DNA of 64,000 nucleotides from Candidatus Brockarchaeota archaeon (GTDB taxonomy: Archaea > Thermoproteota > EX4484-205 > JAAOZP01): NCBI GenBank assembly GCA_017601345.1, contig JAFNIT010000001.1, positions 12,835-76,834 of the forward strand, written 5' to 3'. The position numbers and the translations under genes are program-made. Under the pieces are notes generated by a model, which saw only the letters and a list, made by a program, of their open reading frames with translations, made no database searches and had not been told where the DNA came from. This document shows, one piece after another, positions 27,888-37,648 of this stretch (its first letter is position 1; the number at the start of each line of letters is the position of its first letter).

Positions 27888-29557
27888 CTCCCAGTTATGA
27901 CATGATCGAGCGTTGCTGCAGGCGGAACCATTGGAAACACGTTGTCCTCCCGCTCAACGATCACGTCTATTACAGTTGTCTCATTCTGTTTAACAGCTAT
28001 TTGTAAAGCTTCTTTAAGCTCGCCGACCCGTGATACTTTGAATGCTCTAGCACCAAATCCTTCTGAAACCTTTGCTATATCGGCCTTACCCTTAAGATCT
28101 ACAGCTATGTATCTCCTGTCATAGAACAATTCTTGCCATTGTCTAACCATTCCCAAGAAGTAATTGTTGAGAACAACCACTATGATGGGGAGGTTGTAGT
28201 CTACAGAAACCGGTAGCTGGTTACATGTCATGAAGAAGCTGCCATCGCCAGCAATGTCGAAAACTCTTTGTTCGCGGAAAGCAGCCTTAACGCCTATTGC
28301 TGCAGGAAGCCCGAAGCCCATTGTTCCAAGTCCCCCGGAGGATATGAATTGCCTTGGGCGTTTCGCTAAGAAATGTAGAGAGGCATACATTTGGCACTGG
28401 CCGACTTCAGTAGTTACAAAGTCGCTGGGAGTAACGTAATCGTTTAGAACTCTGACGACAGTACTCGGTTTTATTGGCACAGCATCGTAATCATAAAGGA
28501 ACTCAGACTCCTTTTTAAGCTGTTTGAGTTTCTCACCCCATCTCCCAGCCTTACCTTTTTGAACCATCTTTACCAGGTTTGAGTAAAGCTTGCTCAAAAC
28601 GTATTTTGCATCTCCCACTATACCGATATCTGGCTTGAGGAGTTTCCCTATTTCAGACCTATCTATGTCGATATGTATTTTCTTAGCTCCTGGAGCAAAA
28701 CCACTTAACTTACCTGTGGTCCTATCGCTAAATCTTGCACCCACAGCGATGAGAACATCGCTTTCTTGAACAGCTCTTATCGCACTCAGTTTACCATGCA
28801 TGCCTACACAACCCAGTGAAAGAGGATGGTCCTCCGGAATACTGCCTTTCCCCATTAGAGTAGTCACCACTGGAGCGTTTAGCAACTCTGCTAAAGCAAC
28901 GAGTTCGCTGGAGGCTCCTGACATTATTACTCCGCCGCCAGCAAGTATAACAGGCCTTTCCCCGTCTGCGATCATTCTCGATGCTAGAAATATTTCCTCG
29001 TCGGACGGTATTGGAGGATTATATGAATACGAGAAGATATTGTTCTTCGGATCACCCTCCATTAGTTGAACATCTCTCGGAATATCGATATGCACTGGGC
29101 CAGGCCTTCCGGAAAGTGCTATTTTGAAAGCATTTTCTAGAGCGGAATTCAATTCCTCCAGGTTTCTCGGCAGAAAGTTCATCTTAGTCAGCCCTATCAT
29201 CATGGAGAAGATATTAGCCTCCTGGAAAGCATCGTAGCCTATTAAGAATGTTGGCACTTGGCCAGCCATACTTATCACTGGAGAGGAGTCTAAGTATGCG
29301 TTTGCAATGCCAGTGGCCAGGTTAGTGGCACCTGGGCCAGATGTTACTATTACAACACCAGCTTTTCCAGTCGCCCTGGCATACCCATCAGCCATGTGGG
29401 TAGCGCCCTGCTCATGCCTCGTTAGAATAAACTCTATGTCGCCAGCCTTGTATAGCTCGTCGAACAGTGGAAGAACTGCTCCTCCAGGTATTCCAAATAC
29501 CGTCTTAACCCTATTCTCCCTAAGCTTATCAACTATTAGTCTAGCTCCTGAAACCAT
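27884..29557 (-). CDS. ilvB: Acetolactate synthase large subunit
   Basis: FGIPGGAVLP, RHEQGA, TSGPGATN, GDGSF..LNN; start set at ATG 29557 after SD GGAGGTG. Confidence 0.95.
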   Translation of the reverse strand: MVSGARLIVDKLRENRVKTVFGIPGGAVLPLFDELYKAGDIEFILTRHEQGATHMADGYARATGKAGVVIVTSGPGATNLATGIANAYLDSSPVISMAGQVPTFLIGYDAFQEANIFSMMIGLTKMNFLPRNLEELNSALENAFKIALSGRPGPVHIDIPRDVQLMEGDPKNNIFSYSYNPPIPSDEEIFLASRMIADGERPVILAGGGVIMSGASSELVALAELLNAPVVTTLMGKGSIPEDHPLSLGCVGMHGKLSAIRAVQESDVLIAVGARFSDRTTGKLSGFAPGAKKIHIDIDRSEIGKLLKPDIGIVGDAKYVLSKLYSNLVKMVQKGKAGRWGEKLKQLKKESEFLYDYDAVPIKPSTVVRVLNDYVTPSDFVTTEVGQCQMYASLHFLAKRPRQFISSGGLGTMGFGLPAAIGVKAAFREQRVFDIAGDGSFFMTCNQLPVSVDYNLPIIVVVLNNYFLGMVRQWQELFYDRRYIAVDLKGKADIAKVSEGFGARAFKVSRVGELKEALQIAVKQNETTVIDVIVEREDNVFPMVPPAATLDHVITGR

Positions 29558-29597
29558 TGAAAACACCTCCATGAAGAATTGTAGCTATGATCGCTAA

Positions 29598-29687
29598 AGG
29601 AGGTAGGGCTCTTAGGGCGTAAGCAGTTGGCGGACGGGATCTCGCCCCCTTGGAGCATTATTCTTCGGGTACACTCACTGCACCTCC
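29598..29687 (-). promoter_or_regulatory. Leader element upstream of ilvB: SD (29681-29687), 20-aa leader ORF (29674-29612), anti-SD (29598-29607)
   Basis: GGAGGTG then GTG ORF MYPKNNAPRGRDPVRQLLTP followed by CCTACCTCCT; TATA-like TTAATATA at ~29715-29722. Confidence 0.7.
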
Positions 29688-29745
29688 TGAGCAGAAGCCC
29701 TCACGCATAGGGGCTATATTAATTTTTCCCCGATTAATTGGGCAG

Positions 29746-30462
29746 CTAATAACCGTCTACGCGAATGCTTTTAGCAGCATTAGAGTTTACGTATACTGCT
29801 ATAGCGTAGAACACTATAGATAGAACAGAAGCAACCAGGAAAACCGGCTCAGTAAGGTTGTTTACTCCACCATTTTCTAGCGAAGGCGTTGGCCAAGGCA
29901 CTAGGGGGAGAAGGGGAATAGGTGATGAAAGATGTTTGTTGAATACGAAGAAAATAATCGTGTTGAAGATAGACACGCATAGAAAAGACGCTGTTGAATC
30001 CGCTAGCTTACTAAACGCTTCCTTTGAGAAAATACTCCCTATGGAGAGAGAGAGAAGCCAGTTAACATGTGTAGCGATCATAAAAAATAGTAGGGAGGGC
30101 ATTTGAACATACTGGAGTGATAAGTATGGCAGGATGAAAACCAGCGTCTTAAACTCCAGTAAAACCAACGAGGCAACTGAGTGTACCAGAAAAGGGGTTT
30201 GAGAAGAATAGCTAGTATAAATCTTAATTTTAATACCTTTGTTTAAGAACCATTCACGCCATATTTCGAGTTCGAAGTACGTAGAGTAGAGGATGAGCAT
30301 TAACCATATGACTGGTAACAATTTGTCTAGAACTGCTAGATCGCTAAAAATACTTCCGACGATTTTTAGCACCGCGATTACAACGACTGAAACAAGCTCT
30401 AGGCTTATGAAGAGCGGCGAAGTAAAGAAGAGCTTTAACTCCTGGGAGAACAGGCTCGCCAA
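29746..30462 (-). CDS. Multi-pass membrane protein, ABC-2-like permease
   Basis: About six hydrophobic segments; downstream of ABC ATPase-like gene. Confidence 0.55.
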   Translation of the reverse strand: MASLFSQELKLFFTSPLFISLELVSVVVIAVLKIVGSIFSDLAVLDKLLPVIWLMLILYSTYFELEIWREWFLNKGIKIKIYTSYSSQTPFLVHSVASLVLLEFKTLVFILPYLSLQYVQMPSLLFFMIATHVNWLLSLSIGSIFSKEAFSKLADSTASFLCVSIFNTIIFFVFNKHLSSPIPLLPLVPWPTPSLENGGVNNLTEPVFLVASVLSIVFYAIAVYVNSNAAKSIRVDGY

Positions 30463-30467
30463 CCTTG

Positions 30468-31406
30468 TTAAACCTCCATAAACCTGTTCGCAGACTCAAG
30501 CAGGTGCTGCCTACTGCTTATTATCTTGTCCACTACAGCACCTTTTTTAACAAGCAGATCCAGAAGACCCTGTATCTTCTCTGGAGCATTATCCAGTTCT
30601 ATAACCGCCTCGTTCTCCCCGGTAGCATACCAGCTTACGCCCATTTTCTCAAGAGCATCAATATTAGCCTCTATATTAAATTTTGAAACGTGGAAGGAAA
30701 GTATTCCGGGGCCCCCAACGCCTGTGACAAAGCTTTCAACATGATCCATAGCGGTCTGCTGTCCATTGTGTAAAATCACGATTCTGTCGCATACTTCGTC
30801 GAGCAATAGCGGAGTCGTTGAGAAGATTACCATGGATTTCCCTAAGTCTATGGAAGTCCTTATGAAATTCCTCATTAACACTGCAACATCAAAGGGAATT
30901 CCTCTAAAAGGATCGTACAATAACACTACGGCTGGGTCGTGTATGAAGGTCGATGCGAAGCATAGCTTCCTTCTCAATGATAGGGGGAGCCTAAACCATT
31001 TTACCGGAGCCAAGTCGGATGCTTCGAACAATGACAGTATTTCCTTCGCCCTGGCTAGGGATTTTTCCTTGGGCAAGCCGTGCATGGAGGCTGAGAGAAG
31101 TAGATTATCCAATACCGTGGAGTTTCCAAGTAGGTCCATCTGACAGGAGTAGAAACCGATTCTTTTAATCAAATCCTTCCTCCGGATCACCGGATTGTTG
31201 AAGTATATTATGGTGCCTGATGTCGGCTTCTCTAAGAGAAGAAGGATTCGGAACAAGTGGTCAACGGGCTCGATCCTGTTGGAGACTACTCCAAGTATTT
31301 CAGAATGGTCTAGAACAAAGCTGATGTTTGAAAGCAGGAAATGATCTCCCCTTTTTAAACTTAAATCCGAAACTCTGAGTGGGGCACCAGTGGGTTCTAG
31401 ACTCAA
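30468..31406 (-). CDS. ABC transporter ATP-binding-like protein with degenerate catalytic motifs
   Basis: DrrA-type layout (LSNISF, KPTSG, IHDP, VCDRIVIL) but Walker A, signature, Walker B and H-loop altered. Confidence 0.8.
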   Translation of the reverse strand: MSLEPTGAPLRVSDLSLKRGDHFLLSNISFVLDHSEILGVVSNRIEPVDHLFRILLLLEKPTSGTIIYFNNPVIRRKDLIKRIGFYSCQMDLLGNSTVLDNLLLSASMHGLPKEKSLARAKEILSLFEASDLAPVKWFRLPLSLRRKLCFASTFIHDPAVVLLYDPFRGIPFDVAVLMRNFIRTSIDLGKSMVIFSTTPLLLDEVCDRIVILHNGQQTAMDHVESFVTGVGGPGILSFHVSKFNIEANIDALEKMGVSWYATGENEAVIELDNAPEKIQGLLDLLVKKGAVVDKIISSRQHLLESANRFMEV

Positions 31407-31429
31407 TATTCAAACCCCCTGTAGAAGAA

Positions 31430-31501
31430 TGGTGGAAGCTCATAACTCAAGATCTCGGGAATCATGGTCCCAAAGGCCAGAGAATTCATCGCCTTCCACC
31501 A
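31430..31501 (-). ncRNA. Candidate structured small RNA or 5' leader with terminal stem and box C/D-like words
   Basis: TGGTGGAAG...CTTCCACCA 9-bp closing stem enclosing GCGATGA and ATGA; BRE/TATA-like GAAAGCTTAAAAA ~25 nt upstream. Confidence 0.35.
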
Positions 31502-31726
31502 CATTAAAGTGGTTTTGAAAGGGGTGTTTTTAAGCTTTCCCTCTGGGAAAAACAGTTGTACCTACTCGAAAGCCCCTTTAAGTAAAGAATTCTCTTTCAA
31601 ATAGTGAAAACGCGGAGGAAGCCTTTTATCCGCATTGTTTTTAGTCTAGAAATATAAGAGAGTAAAGAAGCAGACATAATTCGCTGTAAAATTTTTATTC
31701 ACCATTTTACACATTAACTTGGATAA

Positions 31727-31817
31727 GCGGCGCTGGTCTAGCCTGGTAGGACAGGCCTACTTTCCTAAAACCAGCCCCCCAAGCTGGGAATCCCGGGTTC
31801 AAATCCCGGGCGCCGCA
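31727..31817 (+). tRNA. tRNA-Gly(CCC) with 17-nt intron at 25/26 (31753-31769) and C33
   Basis: GCGGCGC/GCGCCGC-A acceptor, TAGG/CCTA central helix with ACA and AAA bulges, anticodon arm CCAGC-CCCCCAA-GCTGG. Confidence 0.9.
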
Positions 31818-32032
31818 TCCAATGTCATTAAAGATCTAAAATTGATCAAACAATTAGAACAGGAGACGCTGTCAATTGTTTTTACTCAATCAATTTTATT
31901 TGACCTTCCCCCCGAAGCCAAGAACTTAGAAAGGCTTCTTAAGTATGAAGAGTGAGATAAGAATTCTCTTTAAATAATTTTGAAAGCCCTATTGGAAAAA
32001 AGAAAAGAAAGATGAAAGCTGGGATTAAAGAC

Positions 32033-33688
32033 TTAGTCTAGTTCTCCTCCGCCTGCTCCCTCAGAGGGCGGAGACGGGGGCTTCTCCTTCTCCTTAAGCT
32101 TGCCTGCAGCAATCACATCGTCTATTCTCAGAATCATGCTGGCGGCTTCGCTAGCGGATTTTATTACCTGCTCTTTTACCAGAAGAGGCTCTATGATCTT
32201 ATTAGCCCAGCTGTCAGCAGTTTTCTTAGCGTACACGTCGATTCCATACCACCTGTTGCCACCCTCATGATTCTTCCTCAATTCGGCGACTATGTCTATC
32301 GGATCCATACCAGCGTTTTCTGCAAGCGCCGACGGTATTGACTCCAATGCGTCTGCAAACCTTAATACTGCAAGCTGCTCCTTGCCAGCTATCGTCTCAG
32401 CCTTCTTCCTAATTCTCATCGCCACCTCTATCTCCGGAGCCCCTGCCCCAGCAACGATGTACGGGTAGGTGACAACATCCTTTACAACGCAGAGAGCATC
32501 GTGCAGAGCCCTATCGGCCTCGTCAATCATTTTCTCCGTCCCGCCTCTTATGAGTATGGTTACAGACCTCGGATCCTTACACTGCTCTATGAATACCCAT
32601 TTATCTTCTCCGACTTTCCTCTCCTCCACTAAGCCAGCGTAGCCAAGGTCTTCCTTGGATAGCTCGTTAACGCTGGTGACGATTCTTGCTCCGGTCGCCT
32701 TTGAAGCCTTTTCTATGTCGGATTCTTTAACCCTCCGGACTGCGAGTATTCCTGCTTTAGCAAGATAGTGCTGCGCAATATCGTCAATACCCTTCTGACA
32801 GAGCACTACGTTAGCACCGGCTTCAACAATCTTATCAACCATGCCCTTAAGAATCTTCTGCTCCTCGTCTAAGAAGGCCTTAATCTGCTCAGGGCTTTCA
32901 ATGCTTATCTTAGCATCGAACTCAGTCTTCTCTATCTCGAGCGGACTGTTCAGAATAGCTATTTTGGCGTTAACCACTTTCTTAGGCATACCTGAATGGA
33001 CAACTTCCTTGTCTAAAACAATGCCTTTAATCAGCTTGGTCTCCATGACTGAGCCACCCGCTTTCTTCTCGACTTTAACATCGTCGATTCTAACGCTGTA
33101 CTTGCCGTTCTCCTCCCTAGCAACGTTCAAAATTGCCTCCACCGCTATGTTTGCAAGCTGCTCAGCATAGTCTCTAACAACCTTGCTCGTTAAAGCAGTC
33201 ATGGCTATTAGTTTAAGAACCTCCCTGTCAGTAGGCTTAACCTCCTGGGCAATCTCCTTCAGGAAGGAAAGGGCCATGGTAGTAGCCTTCCTGTAACCGT
33301 CAACTATGATGGTCGGGTGGACATCCATGTCGAGAAGCTCCTCAGCCTTCTTCAGAAGCTCTCCAGCGAGTACAACAGCAGACGTAGTCCCGTCGCCAGC
33401 CTCCACGTCGGTGCTCTTCGCCACCTCAACCATCATTTTTGCAGCAGGGTGCTCAATCTCCATCTCTTTCAAAATGGTTGCACCATCGTTGGTTATCGTA
33501 ACGTCGCCAAGAGAGTCTACAAGCATCTTATCCATGCCTCTTGGACCCAGCGAAGAACGGACTATTTCGGACAGTGCTATTGCAGCATTCAGATTGTTTC
33601 TTTGCGCTTCTCTGCCCCTCGTCCTCGTACTGCCCTCTTTGAGTATGAGAACAGGCGTTCCTCCCACTGTTGCGGGTATAGCAGCCAT
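32033..33688 (-). CDS. Thermosome subunit (group II chaperonin)
   Basis: [28 protein letters not shown]. Confidence 0.97.
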   Translation of the reverse strand: MAAIPATVGGTPVLILKEGSTRTRGREAQRNNLNAAIALSEIVRSSLGPRGMDKMLVDSLGDVTITNDGATILKEMEIEHPAAKMMVEVAKSTDVEAGDGTTSAVVLAGELLKKAEELLDMDVHPTIIVDGYRKATTMALSFLKEIAQEVKPTDREVLKLIAMTALTSKVVRDYAEQLANIAVEAILNVAREENGKYSVRIDDVKVEKKAGGSVMETKLIKGIVLDKEVVHSGMPKKVVNAKIAILNSPLEIEKTEFDAKISIESPEQIKAFLDEEQKILKGMVDKIVEAGANVVLCQKGIDDIAQHYLAKAGILAVRRVKESDIEKASKATGARIVTSVNELSKEDLGYAGLVEERKVGEDKWVFIEQCKDPRSVTILIRGGTEKMIDEADRALHDALCVVKDVVTYPYIVAGAGAPEIEVAMRIRKKAETIAGKEQLAVLRFADALESIPSALAENAGMDPIDIVAELRKNHEGGNRWYGIDVYAKKTADSWANKIIEPLLVKEQVIKSASEAASMILRIDDVIAAGKLKEKEKPPSPPSEGAGGGELD

Positions 33689-33795
33689 TCTAATATCACC
33701 TCGGAAACCTCTTTTGAAGATAGGGGTATAAAAACTTTAATCTACAACTTGATTAAGGAAAACTTTAAGACAGACCTAAAGTAAACTTAGGGAAA

Positions 33796-34125
33796 ATGAG
33801 TCCTACACTAATCTGCCCCTGCGGCAGGAAGATAGAGAACGCTTCTGAATTCAAGCTTCTCTACCTCAAGAAGGAGCTTAACGAAATAGACATTTTATGT
33901 CCCAACGACAACTGTTACCTGAGAGAAGTAGGCTATATAAAGTTTGAAATAGTGGAGGGAAAGCCTAAGTTCAAGGAGGCAAGCTTCTACCCTCCGTTCG
34001 TGACTTGGAATGCTAGCCAACTGGGTAGGGAGAAAGCATTGGATGAGCTTAAGAAAGTTCTTAAAGACCTTGTGAACAGGATAGACTGGAGCCTTATTAA
34101 GGCGCCTGTTGAAAGCAAAACCTAG
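33796..34125 (+). CDS. Hypothetical Cys-containing (probable zinc-binding) protein
   Basis: CPCG and CPNDNC pairs; typical codon usage; own promoter-like region. Confidence 0.65.
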   Translation: MSPTLICPCGRKIENASEFKLLYLKKELNEIDILCPNDNCYLREVGYIKFEIVEGKPKFKEASFYPPFVTWNASQLGREKALDELKKVLKDLVNRIDWSLIKAPVESKT

Positions 34126-34129
34126 TCCA

Positions 34130-36316
34130 CTACTCTATTAGATCCTCTACCCTCGGAATCTCCGCTGGAAGCCCCTTCCTCTTCCTTATTTCAGCAACCA
34201 CAGTGTTAAAAAGCTGGCTCGGAACAGGCTCCCACCTGGCGAAGCTAGTATCCCAGAAAACCCTGCCTCCGGTAGCACTCCTCAAATCCTCAGACAGGGT
34301 GAAGCTCTCCGCTGCAGGAAGCTCTCCGACGATGAAAGTCATTAACCCTTTCTGCTCTATGCTCAGGATCTTGCCCCTAATACGACTCAGAACCCTCGTG
34401 ACGTTTCCAACCTGATCCATGCTCGTCCTCGCATCTATTCTGAGAATGGGCTCCAAGATAACTGGGTCTGCGAGAAGAATAGAGGCGTGAGTAGCCCTCC
34501 TCACGGCCGGAATAATCTGAGCGGGACCGTGGTGAGCAGGGTCCTCGTGAATAGTAGCGTCTAGAAGCTTAACCTTAACACCTCTAACAGGCTCCCTCGC
34601 CAGAATACCCTCGTTCATGGCTTCGATGAAGCCCATCCTAATGCTGCCAGAAACCTGCTCCAGCCTCTGAACACCTTTAGTCGCGTCGACAAGTATGCTG
34701 AAGCTCTCGCTAATAGCTTGGACACCCCTAGCCTCGTCAGCAGGCCAGCCGCACTCCCTAAGCATTCTAGCAACCTCCCTTCTATCAGTGAACTCCGTTA
34801 TCCTACCTGTTGCAATAAGCTCTATAACCTTCGGCTCAAGAGGCTCAACCTCTATCAACACTTTGTTATGCCCATTTGGAGACCTAACCAGCACAGGGCT
34901 GCCCTTCCTTCTAATGCTCTCCCTGTAAATAACTATCGGACGTGAAGTAGTTATCTGAATACCAGCCTCTTGAATAAAGGTGGTGGCAACCTCAAGATGG
35001 AGCTGGCCCATGCCTGAGAGAAGATACTCGCCAGTCTGTTCGTTAATAGTCACCTTGAGATTAGGATCCTCAATGCTAAGCCTATGCATCACGTTAACCA
35101 GCTCAGGGAGCTGAGCAGGATTCTTAGGCTCAATGGAAATCGTCATAACAGGCTCGGAAACATACCTGATGCTCTCAAAGGGTACAAGGTCCTGCATTGT
35201 CGAAATAGTCTCCCCCGCCCTCGCAGCATCCAAGCCCAGTAGAGCAGGAATATTACCCGCGGACATAGCTCCCACGACCTCCCTGTGCGGACCCATGTAG
35301 AGGCAAACCTGCTGAACCCTACCCTTAGACCTAGAGTTGATAAGATAAACCTCCTGACCCTCGTAAACCGTCCCTGAAAATAGTCTTCCAGTAGCCACGA
35401 CACCAGCCTGAGGATCAACCCTAATATGAGAAGCAGCCATCACGACCGGGCCACTGGGATCACACTTCAACATCGCCTTCCCCACATCACTATCTAAATC
35501 ACCCCTCCAGATCTTCGGAATCCTATAGGCCTGAGCAACCGAAGGAGGAGGAAGGAATTTGATAACCATGTCGAGAACAGCATCGTGCAGAGGAAGAGAC
35601 TTAGTAAGCTCAGACTGTCTGCCCTTTTCGTATGTGGAAACAATATCGCTGAACTTCAAACCAGCCTTCTGCATTCTAGGGATAGTAAAGCCCCATCTGT
35701 CCTTAGCACTCCCGAAGGCAACCATACCCTTCAAAGGATCAACACGCCACTGAGACCTAAACTCCTCAGGACCATAAAGCTCAATAAGCCTATTAAAATC
35801 AGCAATAATCTTCAGAAGAGTCTTCTCAACCTCCTGCGGAGTAAGCTTAAGCTCACGAATCAAACGGTCAACCTTATTGATGAAGAGAACAGGACGAACA
35901 TACTCCTCCAAAGCCTGACGAGTAACAGTCTCGGTCTGAACCAAAACACCCTCAACACTATCAACCACAATAACAGCACCATCAATAGCACGCAGACTAC
36001 GAGTCACATTCCCCGTGAAATCTATGTGACCAGGAGTGTCAATCAGGTTGACGATATAGGATTTTCCATCTATCTCATGATATAATGATACATTTGCAGC
36101 CTTGTATGTGAACTGTCTCTCCTGCTCAATCTTAAGGTAGTCTAACGCGAGTGCTTCGCCCGCAACCGTCGGCGATAATAATCCTGAAGCTGCAAGCAGA
36201 GAATCTGATAATGTGGTTTTCCCATGATCGACGTGGGCGCAGATAGAAATATTTCTAATATTCTCTAGGTTTTTCGAAAGCCTCAATACCTCTTCCGTCG
36301 TCTTGTATCTTGGCAA
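34130..36316 (-). CDS. fusA: Translation elongation factor aEF-2
   Basis: AHVDHGKTT, DTPGH, NKVD, RSPNGHN, LRSATGGR. Confidence 0.95.
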   Translation of the reverse strand: MPRYKTTEEVLRLSKNLENIRNISICAHVDHGKTTLSDSLLAASGLLSPTVAGEALALDYLKIEQERQFTYKAANVSLYHEIDGKSYIVNLIDTPGHIDFTGNVTRSLRAIDGAVIVVDSVEGVLVQTETVTRQALEEYVRPVLFINKVDRLIRELKLTPQEVEKTLLKIIADFNRLIELYGPEEFRSQWRVDPLKGMVAFGSAKDRWGFTIPRMQKAGLKFSDIVSTYEKGRQSELTKSLPLHDAVLDMVIKFLPPPSVAQAYRIPKIWRGDLDSDVGKAMLKCDPSGPVVMAASHIRVDPQAGVVATGRLFSGTVYEGQEVYLINSRSKGRVQQVCLYMGPHREVVGAMSAGNIPALLGLDAARAGETISTMQDLVPFESIRYVSEPVMTISIEPKNPAQLPELVNVMHRLSIEDPNLKVTINEQTGEYLLSGMGQLHLEVATTFIQEAGIQITTSRPIVIYRESIRRKGSPVLVRSPNGHNKVLIEVEPLEPKVIELIATGRITEFTDRREVARMLRECGWPADEARGVQAISESFSILVDATKGVQRLEQVSGSIRMGFIEAMNEGILAREPVRGVKVKLLDATIHEDPAHHGPAQIIPAVRRATHASILLADPVILEPILRIDARTSMDQVGNVTRVLSRIRGKILSIEQKGLMTFIVGELPAAESFTLSEDLRSATGGRVFWDTSFARWEPVPSQLFNTVVAEIRKRKGLPAEIPRVEDLIE

Positions 36317-37100
36317 TTCTAGTCACACCTTGCCTGCTGTCAAGCCTCTAGGAAAAAGGGTTATTAAGCCTTTCCTCTGCATATAGTTGTCTCCCGGCCT
36401 AGCCATGTCGCCCGCTCTAGTCCTGGCTATGCTCCGGAGACGCAGCTTGAGTAATATTGTCCTTCTAAATACTCTTCTGGTCCCAGCTCACTTTTCTCTT
36501 TGAACTCCCCGCCCCGAATTTCCGAATGGCTGCCGCCAAAACAATGTGATCCTTATTCAGCTGGTCCCAGTTCAGCATCAGCCCCTTCTTTGTATCGATA
36601 AGGTATTTCTCCCTGTACTCAGGGTTCTTGTGGAGGAATCTTTTAAGCCATTATGTCAGCGCGATCTTGACCCTCTTCAACGATTATCTGTATGATTGTC
36701 TTGACGTTTCCGGCTTTTTTCCGTTGAACAGGATAACCGGGAACACTGGTTACAAGCACTACTTGATCATCACTGACGATCAATGTGCTTGCGTAGCGGT
36801 TCTTGCGGATGAGAAGGCTAAAAGTTAATGGACGGAAGAAGAGGGATCTTCTTTGGTGGGAAGAGTGTTGAGACCTTTTCGAATACTATTACTTACCGGT
36901 AAATAACAGTAATCTTATAAAGACCACCTTTTCATATTTTTCCTACGGAAAAGACGGAGAAGGAAACTCTTGAGTTCAAGAGTTCTTCCTAACCCCTATA
37001 CTTCTTAGAGTCCCCCAAAGCGCTTAGAATCATGTTCACAGTCTTCACCTTGAACGGTAATGCATAAAGTTTATAAATTATAATTCATTATTTATTAATT

Positions 37101-37301
37101 ATGAGTACTATTCCGGTAAGTAGGGAAACTAAGAAACTGTTGGAGAGCATTAAGGGGGATAAGGCGTGGGATGAGTTCTTGAATGAGCTTGTGAATATGG
37201 CTCTAACTGAGAAGAGGTTTAAGCATAGGAAAAGAATGCAGAAGCTATTGGAAATGGGGTATGAGGAGACTAGGGTTAGGAAATGGGCGAGAGAATACTA
37301 G
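37101..37301 (+). CDS. Antitoxin, VapB-like
   Basis: MSTIPVSRETKKLL RHH-like start; overlaps downstream PIN gene. Confidence 0.75.
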   Translation: MSTIPVSRETKKLLESIKGDKAWDEFLNELVNMALTEKRFKHRKRMQKLLEMGYEETRVRKWAREY

Positions 37302-37648
37302 TGGATACTGATTGCCTGATCGACTACTATAAGGGGGAGTTGGAGCTAGACCCCGAGGATTCCCACCATATTTCTGAAATAACTGTTTACGAGTTCATTA
37401 GGGGGACGAAAAATGTTAAGGAGGCGAAGAGAATTCTTGAGGAATCATTTTTCATCGTTTGGCTCGACAACGAGATCCTGGAGAAAGCCTCAGAAATATG
37501 GAGGAGCCTCAGGGCTTCAGGCAAGCTTATTGAAGACCGTGACCTGGTAATAGGGGCTACGGCAGTTGTGAAAGGGCTTAAGCTATTAACAAGGAACACT
37601 AAACATTACGACGTACTGCAAGCATATGAATTGAAATTTTATCGCTAA
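37283..37648 (+). CDS. VapC-family PIN-domain toxin
   Basis: ILVDTD, TVYEF, DLVIGATA, LLTRNTKHY. Confidence 0.9.
   Translation: MGERILVDTDCLIDYYKGELELDPEDSHHISEITVYEFIRGTKNVKEAKRILEESFFIVWLDNEILEKASEIWRSLRASGKLIEDRDLVIGATAVVKGLKLLTRNTKHYDVLQAYELKFYR

Noticed and set aside
31719-31955. 78-aa ORF in the track
   Set aside because: Reads through tRNA-Gly(CCC); no protein-like signal
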